From NCBI GenBank assembly GCA_002269645.1, contig NIVC01001900.1:62001-126000 (forward strand): a stretch of 64,000 bases of DNA, given 5' to 3'. Under the pieces are notes generated by a model. The model did no database searches and was not told the DNA's origin. It saw nothing but the letters and a program-made list of their open reading frames with translations. The translations under genes were made by a program, and so were the position numbers. The DNA comes from Macrostomum lignano (lineage: Eukaryota). Below, one piece after another: positions 12,222 to 24,665 of this stretch (the first letter of the stretch is position 1; each line of letters starts with the position of its first letter).

Positions 12222-15200
12222 GCAGTAATCCTTGGCTATCGAGTGCAGTAATTCTTGGTTTGCCAAGTGCAGTAAGTAATCCTTGGTTTATTAATAGCAA
12301 TAATCCATGGCTTATCGAGTGCAGTAATCCTTGGTTTATTAATAGCAATAATCCATGGCTTATCGAGTGCAGTAATTCTTGGTTTGCCAAGTGCAGTAAG
12401 TAATCCTTGGTTTATTAATAGCAATAATCCATGGCTTATCGAGTGCAGTAATCCTTGGTTTATTAATAGCAATAATCCTTGGCTTATCGAGTGCAGTAAT
12501 CCTTGGTTCGGGTTGCATTAATCCTTGGTTTATTAATAGCAATAGTCCTTGGCTTATCAAGTGCATTAATCCTTGGTTTATTAATAGCAATAGTCCTTGG
12601 CTTATCAAGGGCAGTAATCCTTGGTTTATTAATAGCAATAATCCTTGATAAATCAAGTGCAGTAATCCTTGGTTTATTAATAGCAATAATCCTTGATAAA
12701 TCAAGTGCAGTAATCCTTGGTTTATTAATAGCAATAGTCCTTGGCTTATCGAGTACAGTAATCCTTGGTTTGCCAAGTGCAGTAATCCTTGGTTTATTAA
12801 TAGCAATAATCCTTGGCTTATCGAGTGCAGTAATCCTTGGTTTATTAATAGCAATAATCCTTGGCTTATCGAGTGCAGTAATCCTTGGTTTGCCAAGTGC
12901 AGTAATCCTTGGTTTATTAATAGCAATAATCCTTGGCTTATCGAGTGCAGTAATCCTTGGTTTATTATTAGCAATAATCCTTGGCTTATCGAGTGCAGTA
13001 ATCCTTGGTTTGCCAAGTGCAGTAATCCTTGGTTTATTAAAAGCAATAATCCTTGGCTTATCGAGTGCAGTAATCCTTGGTTTATTAATAGCAATAATCC
13101 TTGGCTTATCGAGTGCAGTAATCGTTGGTTTGCCAAGAGCAATAGTCCTTAGTTTATTGAGTGCAGTAATCCTTGGTTTATTAATAGCAATAATCCTTGG
13201 CTTATCGAGTGCAGTAATCCTTGGTTTGCCAAGTGCAGTAATCCTTGGTTTATTAATAGCAATAATCCTTGGCTTATCGAGTGCAGTAATCCTTGGTTTA
13301 TTAATAGCAATAATCCTTGATTAATAAAGTGCATTAATCCTTGGTTTATTAATAGCAATAATCCTTGGCTTATCGAGTGCAGTAATCCTTGGTTTATTAA
13401 TAGCAATAATCCTTGATTAATAAAGTGCATTAATCCTTGGTTTATTAATAGCAATAATCCTTGGCTTCTTGAGTGCAGTAATCCTTGGTTTATTAATAGC
13501 AATAATCCTTGATTAATAAAGTGCATTAATCCTTGGTTTATTAATAGCAATAATCCTTGGCTTCTTGAGTGCAGTAATCCTTGGTTTATTAATAGCAATA
13601 ATCCTTGGCTTATTGAGTGCAGTAATCCTTGGTTTGCCAGGAGCAATAGTCCTTGGTTTATCGAGTGCAGTAATCCTTGGTTTATTAATAGCAATAATCC
13701 TTGATTAATCAAGTGCATTAATCCTTGGTTTATTAATAGCAATAATCCTTGGCTTATTGAGTGCAGTAATCCTTAGTTTATTAATAGCAATAATCCTTGA
13801 TAAATCAAGTGCAGTAATCCTTGGTTTATTAATAGCAATAATCCTTGATAAATCAAGTGCAGTAATCCTTGGTTTATTAATAGCAATAGTCCTTGGCTTA
13901 TCGAGTGCAGTAATCCTTGGTTTGCCAAGTGCAGTAATCCTTGGTTTATTAATAGCAATAATCCTTGGCTTATCGAGTACAGTAATCCTTGGTTTGCCAA
14001 GTGCAGTAATCCTTGGTTTATTAATAGCAATAATCCTTGGCTTATCGAGTGCAGTAATCGTTGGTTTATTAATAGCAATAATCCTTGGCTTATCGAGTGC
14101 AGTAATCCTTGGTTTGCCAAGTGCAGTAATCCTCGGTTTATTAATAGCAATAATCCTTGGCTTATCGAGTGCAGTAATCCTTGGTTTATTAATAGCAATA
14201 ATCCTTGGCTTATCAAGTGCAGTAATCGTTGGTTTATTAATAGCAATAATCCTTGGCTTATTGAGTGCAGTAATCCTTGGTTTGCCAGGAGCAATAGTTC
14301 TTGGTTTATCGAGTGCAGTAATCCTTGGTTTATTAATAGCAATAATCCTTGATTAATCAAGTGCATTAATCCTTGTTTTATTAATAGCAATAATCCTTGT
14401 CTTCTTGAGTGCAGTAATCCTTGGTTTATTAATAGCAATAATCCTTGGCTTATCGAGTGCAGTAATCCTTGGTTTGCCAAGTACAGTAATCCTTGGTTTA
14501 TTAATAGCAATAATCCTTGGCTTATCGAGTGCAGTAATCCTTGGTTTATTAATAGCAATAATCCTTGGCAATTATCAAGTGCAGTAATCGTTGGTTTGCC
14601 AAGAGCAATAGTCCTTGGTTTATTAAGTGCAGTAATCCTTGGTTTATTAATAGCAATAATCCTTGGCAATTATCGAGTGCAGTAATCGTTGGTTTGCCAA
14701 GAGCAATAGTCCTTGGTTTATTAAGTGCAGTAATCCTTGGTTTATTAATAGCAATAATCCTTGGCTTATCGAGTGCAGTAATCCTTGGTTTGCCAAGTGC
14801 AGTAATCCTTGGTTTATTAATAGCAATAATCCTTGGCTTATCGAGTGCAGTAATCCTTGGCTTGCCAGGAGCAATAGTCCTTGGTTTATCAAGTGCAATA
14901 ATCCTTGGTTTATTAATAGCAATAATCCTTGGCTTATCAAGTGCAGTAATCGTTGGTTTATTAATAGCAATAATCCTTGGCTTATTGAGTGCAGTAATCC
15001 TTGGTTTGCCAGGAGCAATAGTCCTTGGTTTATCGAGTGCAGTAATCCTTGGTTTATTAATAGCAATAATCCTTGATTAATCAAGTGCATTAATCCTTGT
15101 TTTATTAATAGCAATAATCCTTGTCTTCTTGAGTGCAGTAATCCTTGGTTTATTAATAGCAATAATCCTTGGCTTATCGAGTGCAGTAATCCTTGGTTTG

Positions 15201-15696
15201 CCAAGTACAGTAATCCTTGGTTTATTAATAGCAATAATCCTTGATTAATAAAGTGCATTAATCCTTGGTTTATTAATAGCAATAATCCTTGATTAATAAA
15301 GTGCATTAATCCTTGGTTTATTAATAGCAATAATCCTTGGCTTATTGAGTGCAGTAATCCTTGGTTTGCCAGGAGCAATAGTCCTTGGTTTATCGAGTGC
15401 AGTAATCCTTGGTTTATTAATAGCAATAATCCTTGATTAATCAAGTGCATTAATCCTTGTTTTATTAATAGCAATAATCCTGGACTTCTTGAGTGCAGTA
15501 ATCCTTGGTTTGCCAAGAGCAATAGTCCTTGGTTTATTGAGTGCAGTAATCGTTGGTTTATTAATAGCAATAATCCTTGATTAATCAAGTGCATTAATAC
15601 TTGGTTTATTAATAGCAATAATCCTTGGCTTATTGAGTGCAGTAATCCTTGGTTTATTAATAGCAATAATCCTTGGCTTATGAAGTGCAGTAATCT
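12222..15696. repeat. 3.5-kb satellite of 24-bp monomers (GCARTAATCCTTGG + variable 10 nt), ~145 units, several monomer types in higher-order order
   Basis: Units GCAGTAATCCTTGGTTTATTAATA / GCAATAATCCTTGGCTTATCGAGT / GCAGTAATCCTTGGTTTGCCAAGT. Confidence 0.95.
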
Positions 15697-15768
15697 AAGT
15701 GTTTTTATTTAGCTTTTAATAAAAAATTTTACACTACTACTTTTCAGACACTAATCTACTAATCATAC

Positions 15769-15832
15769 ACTTAGATTCGAACCCAGGTTGCTGCATTAGC
15801 AGTCTGGTCTGTTCAGCTCTAGGCTAGCTCTC
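15769..15832 (-). other. Degenerate tRNA-like sequence (probable SINE head or tRNA pseudogene)
   Basis: The minus strand has TAGCCTAGAG (A-box-like), ACTGCTAAT (anticodon-loop-like) and GGGTTCGAATC (B box/T loop). The acceptor stem does not pair. Confidence 0.4.
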
Positions 15833-16828
15833 ATCGAAGTTATCAGTGAATTTGTACCACTTAAATAGTTCAACACTCACACAAAGTCAGGTAGAGTAAA
15901 AAGTCACGAAGCAGTTATGAGTTATGACATAATCAATTTCTTAGGCAAGTCAGTACCAGTCTCTATAAAAGTTAACAATATGGTTACGCAATATAAATTG
16001 AGTACTGTGCTATGCTTTCACACTCAACGCTGTGACGCAATTCAATTGAGTGTCTTGTGTATTGTGATGCAATCTATTTTAGAATCAGAATTCAACCAGT
16101 CAGTTTTTCTGCTAGCATTCTTACAATGCATTTCAATGCTTGACCTTTGCAAAAAAGCATGTTTTTCGAATATTTAATCCCTTTAACATTGAGCAATTTC
16201 TTAGCCAAGATGCATGTACCGTCACGGAAAAATTTCTGATCGAACAGTGCAAGTTCGAAGAAAATCGGTCCAGCCATTCAGGAGAAAATCGATTTCGTAC
16301 AAGCAAGCAAGCAAGATTTTCATTTTTAGTATATGGATGGATGAGTTAGTCCAATTTAGCGTTACCAGGATTAAAGGGCCACATTGCCTCTGTTAGTATG
16401 TCTCCGAAAATTAGTCCTTATTCCCTTTCTTAGAAAATTTCTTAGAATTGTTTCTTAGTCTCTCTTAAATGAATAAGTCACTCTCAACTCTAAAGTCTCT
16501 AAGGATTTTATAGCTTGAACTATTTTTTGCTTGCAAACAAGTGCTTATTAAAGCTTAGACAGTTGGTTTTATTTTGACTTAAATAGCTCCTATATATAGT
16601 GGTTTTCCACCATACAATTAAAACAAAAAATAATTCCTCAATTTAAAAAACATTAAAAAATATTCAGTACATTAAAACAAATACATTCAGTGCATTGAAA
16701 CTAAATATTTATCTAGTATTTCATGCAAGTTTACTTTCTAGGAAATCATATATTTATTGTTAAAAATTCATACAGTATTGAAGCACTACTATCTATCTAT
16801 AGATAAATAAAGCATGCTTGCCTAGTTG

Positions 16829-17125
16829 ATTCAAACTAACAAATGTGAAGGCTGGCATTGGCAACTAAAGCAATGGGTAGAACATACCTAGTTGACTCTA
16901 TATCCACTGATAGAGTTGCTGCACAAGGAAGCCCAGCTTGTGCCAGTTTATGCCTCTTTGGTACACAAGCCATGTCCATGAGCAAGGAGCCTAAGAGTGT
17001 CAATGCAAGTTGCGTTACTAGTAGGTGCAGGAGTATACAGAGTGCAACTTGGCCAAAGCCCAAGTATTAAGTAGGTGAACTCTCTATCCATAGCTTCCTG
17101 CAAATCCTGCTTAGCTGCTTGCATC
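16829..17125 (+). pseudogene. Remnant of a Mutator-like (MULE) transposase C-terminal region
   Basis: Manual translation IQTNKCEGWHWQLKQWVEHT*LTLYPLIELLHKEAQLVP...VGELSIHSFL resembles the MULE motif RTNNxxEGWHxxLN...FYxLIxLLHxEA. Interrupted by stops and a frameshift. Confidence 0.55.
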
Positions 17126-17745
17126 TAGGTCGTATTCCTTGGTTTGGCAGTCAAGTACAAGGCCACTAGTGAATAGGCCTATGTATATATCAATATAATA
17201 TCTATATCTATATTATCTATATATGATAAGTTCTTGCTTGATGTTTAAAATCAGCCACTGATTATTCTATTTGTAAAAAATTCATACATGTAATTATGCA
17301 ACTTTGAAATTTTATGTAACCATATTTTTGCTTAATACTTGCTAGTAGGAGACTACTTCTAATTCTATAATAATTTTAATGTATAGGTCTTAATGCCATT
17401 CCCATCTGTGTGCTTTGTAAGCTTTGTGATATTTGTGTTTACAAATATAGTATTTGACAACTATATTTGTAGGTTGTAACTCTGCCATTTTGTCTGGTCC
17501 CAAGCCCAGAATATGAAAGGAGGAAGGCAACTATATGTTTATATGCATTATATATACCAGACATATTGTCTTTAATATTTATCTTTATAGTTGCATATAT
17601 TCAGATTCAGACGCAGTATAGTCACTTATATTTATGACTACTGATACAACTTAGCTGACAAAGTTATATACAAGTTTTTAGACAAAAAGTAGAGATAACA
17701 AAAGTGTCCAAGGAATAGATGAGAAAAGATCCACAATAGTATTGT

Positions 17746-18838
17746 AGATGACAAAGTGGTAAGATGACAAAGTGTCTAGAAATATGAGTAGATGATGAAG
17801 TGGTAAGATGACAAAGTGTCTAGAAATATGAGTGGATGATGAAGTGGTAAGATGACAAAGTGTCTAGAAATATGAGTGGATGATGAAGTGGTAAGATGAC
17901 AAAGTGTCTAGAAATATGAGTGGATGATGAAGTGGTAAGATGACAAAGTGTCTAGAAATATGAGTGGATGATGAAGTGGTAAGATGACAAAGTGTCTAGA
18001 AATATGAGTGGATGATGAAGTGGTAAGATGACAAAGTGTCTAGAAATATGAGTGGATGATGAAGTGGTAAGATGACAAAGTGTCTAGAAATATGAGTGGA
18101 TGATGAAGTGGTAAGATGACAAAGTGTCTAGAAATATGAGTGGATGATGAAGTGGTAAGATGACAAAGTGTCTAGAAATATGAGTGGATGATGAAGTGGT
18201 AAGATGACAAAGTGTCTAGAAATATGAGTAGATGATGAAGTGGTAAGATGACAAAGTGTCTAGAAATATGAGTAGATGACAAAGTGGTAAGATGACAAAG
18301 TGTCTAGAAATATGAGTGGATGATGAAGTGGTAAGATGACAAAGTGTCTAGAAATATGAGTGGATGATGAAGTGGTAAGATGACAAAGTGTCTAGAAATA
18401 TGAGTGGATGATGAAGTGGTAAGATGACAAAGTGTCTAGAAATATGAGTGGATGATGAAGTGGTAAGATGACAAAGTGTCTAGAAATATGAGTGGATGAT
18501 GAAGTGGTAAGATGACAAAGTGTCTAGAAATATGAGTGGATGATGAAGTGGTAAGATGACAAAGTGTCTAGAAATATGAGTGGATGATGAAGTGGTAAGA
18601 TGACAAAGTGTCTAGAAATATGAGTGGATGATGAAGTGGTAAGATGACAAAGTGTCTAGAAATACATGTATGAGTGGATGATGAAGTGGTAAGATGACAA
18701 AGTGTCTAGAAATATGAGTAGATGATGAAGTGGTAAGATGACAAAGTGTCTAGAAATATGAGTGGATGATGAAGTGGTAAGATGACAAAGTGTCTAGAAA
18801 TATGAGTGGATGATGAAGTGGTAAGATGACAAAGTGTC
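17746..18838. repeat. 44-bp highly homogeneous minisatellite (GATGACAAAGTGTCTAGAAATATGAGTGGATGATGAAGTGGTAA)n, ~25 copies
   Basis: Direct tandem repeat. Confidence 0.95.
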
Positions 18839-19007
18839 CAGGAATTACATGACAATAGAAATTAAGATACATTGTGTCAATGATGCAATTTTTAGTCTTG
18901 GCATACAAATAATGTCTTATACTTTTTCCTACACTAGACTAGTAGACCCAGTGTATAGTAATGCACAATATGAACTATGATTGATATTCTACATTATCTA
19001 GACTATA

Positions 19008-19303
19008 TACACATGTGCAACAGTTGGCCAAATTGGCCGATCCAGCCGTCCGATTTGGCGGCCAACCAAGGAAGTTGCAAAAATGACATCCCAAAAAATA
19101 CCAAAGTGTAGTACTAAGTAGCTGATGAGACATTTTGACTTAATAAGACAGTCATAGTTACTCTTGCCGTTTACCCAAAGTTGCATTAATTTTGCATTAG
19201 GGTTTTTTACATGTAAGTCGCATTTTTTGGCCAAAAACTATTTCACATTTTTGTTAAAACTAAGTCGCATGGCCGACCGAATTTTGGAGGTTGCACATGT
19301 GTG
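19008..19303. mobile_element. ~296-bp MITE with 14-bp TIR and perfect 8-bp TSD AGACTATA
   Basis: TIR (T/C)ACACATGTGCAAC / GTTGCACATGTGTG. AGACTATA at 19000-19007 and 19304-19311. Confidence 0.85.
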
Positions 19304-19469
19304 AGACTATAGTTGTTGATGAATGATAACTTGTTATAAAAAACAAATAATGATTCTAAAGGTATATTTTGACCAAACAAGAAATCTAAGGCTAATGTTT
19401 GGTTTTTGTGTTTGAACATACAATGTTATTTTTTCGTTTTTGTTCATTTTTTCTAAATAAAGCATATTG

Positions 19470-19755
19470 CATCAATAATACATATGCAACTACTGGCTGA
19501 CCTAGTTAATCTGGCCACCATAAATTATGGTAGACCAAGGATAAGTTGCAAAAATATCCACATATAAGAATATATTGTATTACAAATAATTAGATTGTAA
19601 GACATTTAGCCTTAATAAGACAGTCATAGTTATTCTTGCTATTTACCCAAAAATTGTATGAGTTTTGCTTTAGGGTTTTTTCATAGATAAGTTGCATTTT
19701 TAATAAAAAAGTAAGTTGCATAGACAGTGTAAATCAGAGGGGTGGCACATATTTA
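19470..19755. mobile_element. Older diverged copy of the same MITE family
   Basis: Shares CCAAGG..AAGTTGCAAAAAT and TTAATAAGACAGTCATAGTTA(C/T)TCTTGC with 19008-19303. Termini are degenerate. Confidence 0.6.
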
Positions 19756-20013
19756 GTATCATGTATGCAAACTATTTTAGAATCAGAATTCAACTAGTCA
19801 TTTAGTGCTATAGAAAAAAAGACTTTTTATTTTTTTTCTATCTTTTAGTAGGCCTTAACTTTTTTATTTTTTATACTAAATAATAGAGTCAAACTTTTGT
19901 AGCAATTTCTGAAGCTATAAAATAGCCAGTTGACTTTGCAATAGTAAAGATTAGGCCTATTTATACATTAGCTTTGATTTATCTAGGAAGGATTAAAATT
20001 GGTAATTGTTGAG

Positions 20014-20315
20014 CATACATGCCCAACACCCATCAAACCTATCCAAACTTGATAGGTGAAATGGCCGCCAGCCAAGGTAAGTTGCAAAATTGGAAACACA
20101 AAAAAATGAATAATTTAGAGAAAAAAGAAAAGAGAGGAAAAGAAAAGGAAAAGAAAGAACAGAGAAGAGAGAGAGGGGAAGAGAAGAGAGAAAGAGAAAA
20201 AAAGGCAAGAAAAGTCATACAAAAAAATTAAGTCGCAATCGGGGGAACTAAGTTGCAAATCTGGACAAAACTAAGTCACACCAGATGGGTTAAATTTTGA
20301 GTTTGGGCATGTATG
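20014..20315. mobile_element. Third related MITE copy with TIR CATACATGCCCAA / TTGGGCATGTATG
   Basis: 13-bp TIR; flanks TTGTTGAG / TGTTTGAG (6/8). Internal CCAAGGTAAGTTGCAAAA and CTAAGTCGCA motifs are shared with the first copy. Confidence 0.7.
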
Positions 20316-21306
20316 TGTTTGAGGTTATAGGATATGGTAGGCCTAATATTGATATGTTTTACTACAATAGATATTACATTAGTCAAAGATGCTATCTTTA
20401 TATATAGCAAGCTTTTTCATTGTCTATAGACTTTTTTCCTTAGCATAGCACTTAGGAATCAGTAAATCAGCATTAGCACCCTTTACTTCCCTAACCATTG
20501 TATTATTCTAATAGCTTTATCCATTGTCACAATGACAAGTATTTTAAGGTCCAAATTGTTAGCTAAAAGGCTGACTAGTATAAACTATAAAACTTCTTGT
20601 CTTTTGCAGGCCTTTTTATCATTCCTAAATTACTTTGTGGGCCACTTATCATTGCTAGATAGTGAGTGGGCCATAGGCTAAACTGAGTGGCCTTGTAGGC
20701 CAGATCTGGCCCATGGGCTCTATTAAATCCTAAAAAACAGAGAAAAAAACTAAAATAAAAGAAAATTCTCTACTAATGTTTATAAAACAAACAAATAAAA
20801 GAGAAACATTTTTAAGTAGTTTAGGAAGCAAATAAAAAGTTTTTGCAAAAAATTATGTTGCAAAATAGCTGTTCAAATATGATTTAGGTTACATTTTTGA
20901 AAACAGACTATTGTACTAGTATTCATAGTATTCATGAGGTTGCATATATATGCTTTTTAATATTTTTCAAAATTATTATGTTTAAGTTAAATGTGATGAT
21001 TTGTTTACTTAAATGTTTCATGACTGAAAAGTATGCCTATAGATACTTGACACTTTTCGCAACAATAATTAAGAATGTTAATATTAATATTTTATAGGGT
21101 GAACTAGAATTAGTAGAAGTTTGTATTTTTTAATAAGTTCTTATAATTTATAAAATATAATATATCAATCTTTGCAAAAAAAGTTAGTATAAATTGATTT
21201 ATGACATTTCCAATTGTTAATTACAATATATTTCTTTCATGAGCAACCCCCAACTTTAACCACCAGTTTTTTCAATATTAATTATCAATATTAAGCAATA
21301 AAAACA

Positions 21307-24300
21307 ATGCAACAACAGCCTGTAGTTGATGTAAGTGGGAAAAATGCCTCACCATCAACAGGAGCTCAAAGCTACTATTCTCAATATCCACCATTGACCA
21401 GTCCGCGAGAGAAAGCAGTGAAATACATGATGCTTGTACACGAAGTATTTCTAATGCTCATTGCTGGCATTGTAGTATTGGGCATTGGGGTCTACACTGC
21501 AACTCAGACTACTATTATCAATTCTGTATGCGATATGCTTGGCGTCTATTATCACGTGGCCACTTACTCCTTGCTGATCATCACTGGTTCAGTAATGCTT
21601 GTTGCATCAATATTTGGCTTGATTGGCACCGTTAAGAATAACACCTGTCTGCATCTGTTTGTGAGTTCATTTCTGTTACAGTGTACTTTTAGCTATTGGT
21701 TCTTGTGATTTTCAATATTTGATTGAAGTAGTGCAGGTTGATAAAGATCTGAGTGAGGTAGAGCTAGCTTACTGAAGATCTGAGTGAGGTAGAGCTGACT
21801 TAATGAAGATCTGAGTGAGGTAGTTGCTAAGCAAGTAGTATATTATGTCCAAGTAAGTATATTAATAAAAATTCGTTTCAAATCTCTAACTTTCAGTACC
21901 TGATTGTCATCATCTGTTTATTCGTCACATTCCTGGTTGTTGGGGCTATAGGCTTTGCATTCTACACGGAGTTGCAGGATGCTGTGAAATTCACCTTAGA
22001 GACGTCAATAGCCAAGTATTATGGCATTAATTTGGATGCAGATAGAAATACAGAGATTACTACAGCTACTGATGCTGTGCAGCGATATGTAAGTTCCGGC
22101 CTTACTTTTTTGATCAATTCTTTATAAAGTTTTAGTTCTGTCCTCATGCCCTCTCAGCAGGCCTCCCAGATCCTCAGTTGCTGGGCCAGCCTCCCAGATC
22201 CTCAGTTGCTGGGCCAGCCTCCCAGATCCTCAGTTGCTGGGCCAGCTTCCCAGATCCTCAGTTGCTGGACCAGCCTCCCAGATCCTCAGTTGCTGGGCCA
22301 GCCTCCCAGATCCTCAGTTGCTGGACCAGCCTCCCAGATCCTCAGTTGCTGGGCCAGCCTCCCAGATCCTCAGTTGCTGGGCCAGCTTCCCAGATCCTCA
22401 GTTGCTGGACCAGCCTCCCAGATCCTCAGTTGCTGGACCAGCCTCCCAGATCCTCATCACTCCCCATTATCCATCCCATCTGCCTCACCCAGTTCTCCTG
22501 CTGCGGCGCCTACGGCGGCGTGAACTCCACTCGCTCCTGGTATCTGTACCAGAACGCCAGCGCTTGGTACCAGGCCACCACAGTACTAGAAGGCAACAAG
22601 GCTCCATTTGTACCATTGAGCTGCTGCAAACGTCGGGCAGACTCCAGCGTGCAAGACCAGCCGCGTTGCCTAGGCAACGTGAATGTCACCAACGCTCCGC
22701 CGGCGAATCCTCCGCCATTGACGGGCAGCAATGCCGCTCTGTTTATTGAAGGCTGTTTTGACGCGATGCAGAGTTTTGTATCGGCCAGGATTCTGGTGGC
22801 TGGGGCTGTCGGTATTAGCTATGTTGTGCTTATGGTGAGCTATATCGAAGACCTAATTGAATCCCAGATGACGTAGCTGATATCCCTAAAAATCCATATC
22901 TTAAATTGAGGAGATCATTGTACGAGGGTTGTCAGAAAATTTCTGTGTATATTGTAATAACTGAGAACGATAAACAGTATAGCTCGTAGAAACATGAAAA
23001 GTTACAAATGTCTTCCTTAACATCTATTCACTCAAAGTATGAGCCCTCAGCTTCAATGCACTTCTCCCAACGCCGCACCAGCCCGTCAATGCCTGCAGTC
23101 ATGCCATTGTTCGTCACAGCGGCAATGCCAGCCCTTGTAGGCCCGATTCACGTCTTCCTCTGCGCTGAAGCGCTGGCCCCGCATCGACTCCTTGATGCGA
23201 GGGAAGAGGAAAAAGTCGCATGGACTTAAGTCCGGGGAATAAGGCGGATGCGGAAGAATTTCCCACCCCTACGACTCGATCGTAGCCAGCACGCTTTGCT
23301 TTCGGTGCGGGGCTGCGTTGTCGTGAAGCAGAATCGGGCCAGCCGCGTGAAGTGCAGGCCTTTTGTCCCGAAGGGCACGTTGAACTTTCACCAGAACCGA
23401 CAGGTAGAAATCACCATTGACCGTCTGCCCCACTGGTACAGGCTGATCGAACAACAGACCCTCCCGGTCGAAGAAAGTCACGTGCATGACCTTCAGCTGG
23501 CCGATGCTCCGGATGGCCTTTTGAGGTCGCGGAGAACCTGGCCTGCACCATGTGGCACTCTGCCGCTTCAACTCCGCCTCCCAAGAATGCGCCCAGGTTT
23601 CGTCGCAGGCAACGATCCTTTGCAGGAACGCCATGCCCTCCCACCGACACCGCTGCAGGTTGAATGCGCACATGGCGACCCACCGAGCCCGCTGATCGTC
23701 AGTGAGCAGATGCGGCACCCACTTGGCACAGACCTTGCGCATCCCAAGGTCCTCGGTCAGGATCTTGTGGACTGAGTCGTGGGACACCCCTATGGCATCA
23801 GCCAGCTGCCTGGTGGTCAGTCTCCGGTCCTGCAGCACGGCTGCCTCCACCTGACTCACCAGGCTGTCAGTCCGAGCACTCGTTGGTCGTCCACTGCGTG
23901 GCTTGTCGTCGAGGTCTTCTTTGCCGTTGCGAATGGCAATAGCCCAGCGGCGAATCGTCCCATAAGATGGGCAAAAGTCTCCTATGGTCTGCCGCATTTC
24001 TTCAAAAATCTCGGTTGCTGAACGCCCCTGAAGGACATGAAACTTGAGGATCGAGGTGGTTGAAAAATTGCTGCTACTCAGGCTAGAAATGATCCGGTGC
24101 TCTAAATCTGAAGCTAGCGACTCTTTATATATGTATATGTCTATGGCTAAAAACCCAACTTCAGCTATCCATAGAGCTGAGCTATTCTCTAATACACAGA
24201 ACTTTTCGTATCCATATTTCCATAATTCCACATTCCAAAAACGCTAAACTCCTCAGAATCTCTTTTTCTAAGAAATGCCAAACTTCACAGGATTCCAAGT

Positions 24301-24665
24301 TCCAAGAAACAGCGAAATCCTAAGAACATTCCTAGAAACATAAAAATCCAAAGAATTCCACATTCCAGGAAACTTAAAAATCCACAGAATTCCACATTCC
24401 AAGAAATGAAAAAAATCCACAGAATCACACATTTTGAGAAACGTAAAAAACCCACTATAAAATACATTATTAAAATAAAATACTTATGAAACGAAAAGAA
24501 CGATAACAAATCTCTTCTTTTCAGCTTGCCGGCATCATAATAGGCTTCATTTTTGCTCGTTTCCTAGCCGTGGCAGACTATTACGGCAGCAAGTACACCG
24601 CATTCGATAGCTCAGCTGGGGCCGCTGGCGGCGCCGGCTCTTCATCAAGCCCCATTGTCACTTGA
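21307..24665 (+). CDS. Tetraspanin, ~342 aa, 4 exons: 21307-21660, 21897-22088, 22493-22834, 24525-24665
   Basis: All phase-0 GT-AG joins are in frame. Four hydrophobic segments; the large loop has CCG, PLSCC, a further Cys and EGC (6 Cys), and several N-x-S/T sequons. Confidence 0.92.
22163..22455. repeat. 28-bp minisatellite in tetraspanin intron 2 (CCCAGATCCTCAGTTGCTGGGCCAGCCT)n, ~10 copies
   Basis: Direct tandem repeat. Confidence 0.95.
22923..24056 (-). mobile_element. 5'-truncated, defective mariner (D,D34D) transposon in tetraspanin intron 3
   Basis: WVPHLL, CDETW, HDNAAPH and YSPDLSPCDFFLF motifs. In-frame TAG at 23269-23271 and a frameshift before ...RRWEKCIEAEGSYFE* (stop 23028-23030). 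One terminus TA-CGAGGG at 22921 (irritans/Hsmar2-like); no matching CCCTCG-TA at the other end. Confidence 0.9.

Noticed and set aside
12139-15666. Leu/Ile-rich ORFs resembling membrane or leucine-rich-repeat proteins
   Set aside because: They arise on both strands from a 24-bp satellite and are broken at random by variant units.
17746-18838. CRISPR-like appearance of regular arrays, here and elsewhere
   Set aside because: Units are head-to-tail with no unique spacers, there are no cas genes, and the context is eukaryotic.
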